From contig JNEM01012537.1 in the NCBI GenBank assembly GCA_000697335.1, forward strand, positions 1-37,908: a DNA stretch of 37,908 bases. The letters are read 5' to 3'. This document shows positions 37,551-37,908 of the stretch, in pieces (positions within the stretch are counted from its first letter, which is position 1; the number at the start of each line of letters is the position of its first letter). Source of the DNA: Conidiobolus incongruus B7586. Lineage: Eukaryota. Both the position numbers and the translations under genes were made by a program. A model generated the notes under the pieces. The model was not told the DNA's origin, did not search any database, and saw only the letters and a program-made list of their open reading frames with translations.

Positions 37551-37908
37551 ATAACTAGTTAACTTGTTTGGAAATTATAATATATCGAATATTTTTCGAT
37601 CAATATATATTCGATATTATTATTAAATAAAAATTTTGTTTGAATTATTGATTAATTAAATATAGAAATATAATACTTTTAAAATTATATAGAATATAAC
37701 TATAATAGATATAATATTAAAGATATATTGAAAAGCAGAACTATTAATATTATATTAATCATATAATATGATATTATTAATTTTTAAAGTAATTTTTAAT
37801 TTGAAGAAATAATATAATTGATTGATTATCCATTGATACTTTATTTTTTAATAAAAACTTTAAATTTAATTATATATTATTTGAAAAATATATTATTATT
37901 TAAAATTA

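Overview
Very AT-rich eukaryotic genomic DNA with short (about 47-85 nt) GT-AG introns. It is fungal, as shown by a Zn2Cys6 factor, fungal GPI wall proteins and a secreted tyrosinase. An early-diverging lineage such as Zoopagomycota/Entomophthorales is my inference from composition and gene style only. Intact genes: secreted tyrosinase, PDX1/SNZ1 (2 introns), an ABHD10-like alpha/beta hydrolase, a 59-aa secreted peptide missed by the ORF track, a 4-TM membrane protein, complex I subunit NDUFA1, NOP58, two GPI-anchored proteins, primase small subunit PRI1 (12 introns, absent from the ORF track) and a Zn2Cys6 transcription factor. The tyrosinase and the transcription factor each have a pseudogenised paralogue nearby. 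The AT-rich spacers hide four relics of one DD34D mariner family, plus a 327-bp GC-rich solo LTR. The main signal is that the mariner copies show a strongly one-directional C>T/G>A conversion with apparent loss of CpG, while the short solo LTR keeps its CpGs. This looks like repeat-targeted, RIP-like or methylation-driven hypermutation with a broad sequence context. All alignments and counts were done by hand.
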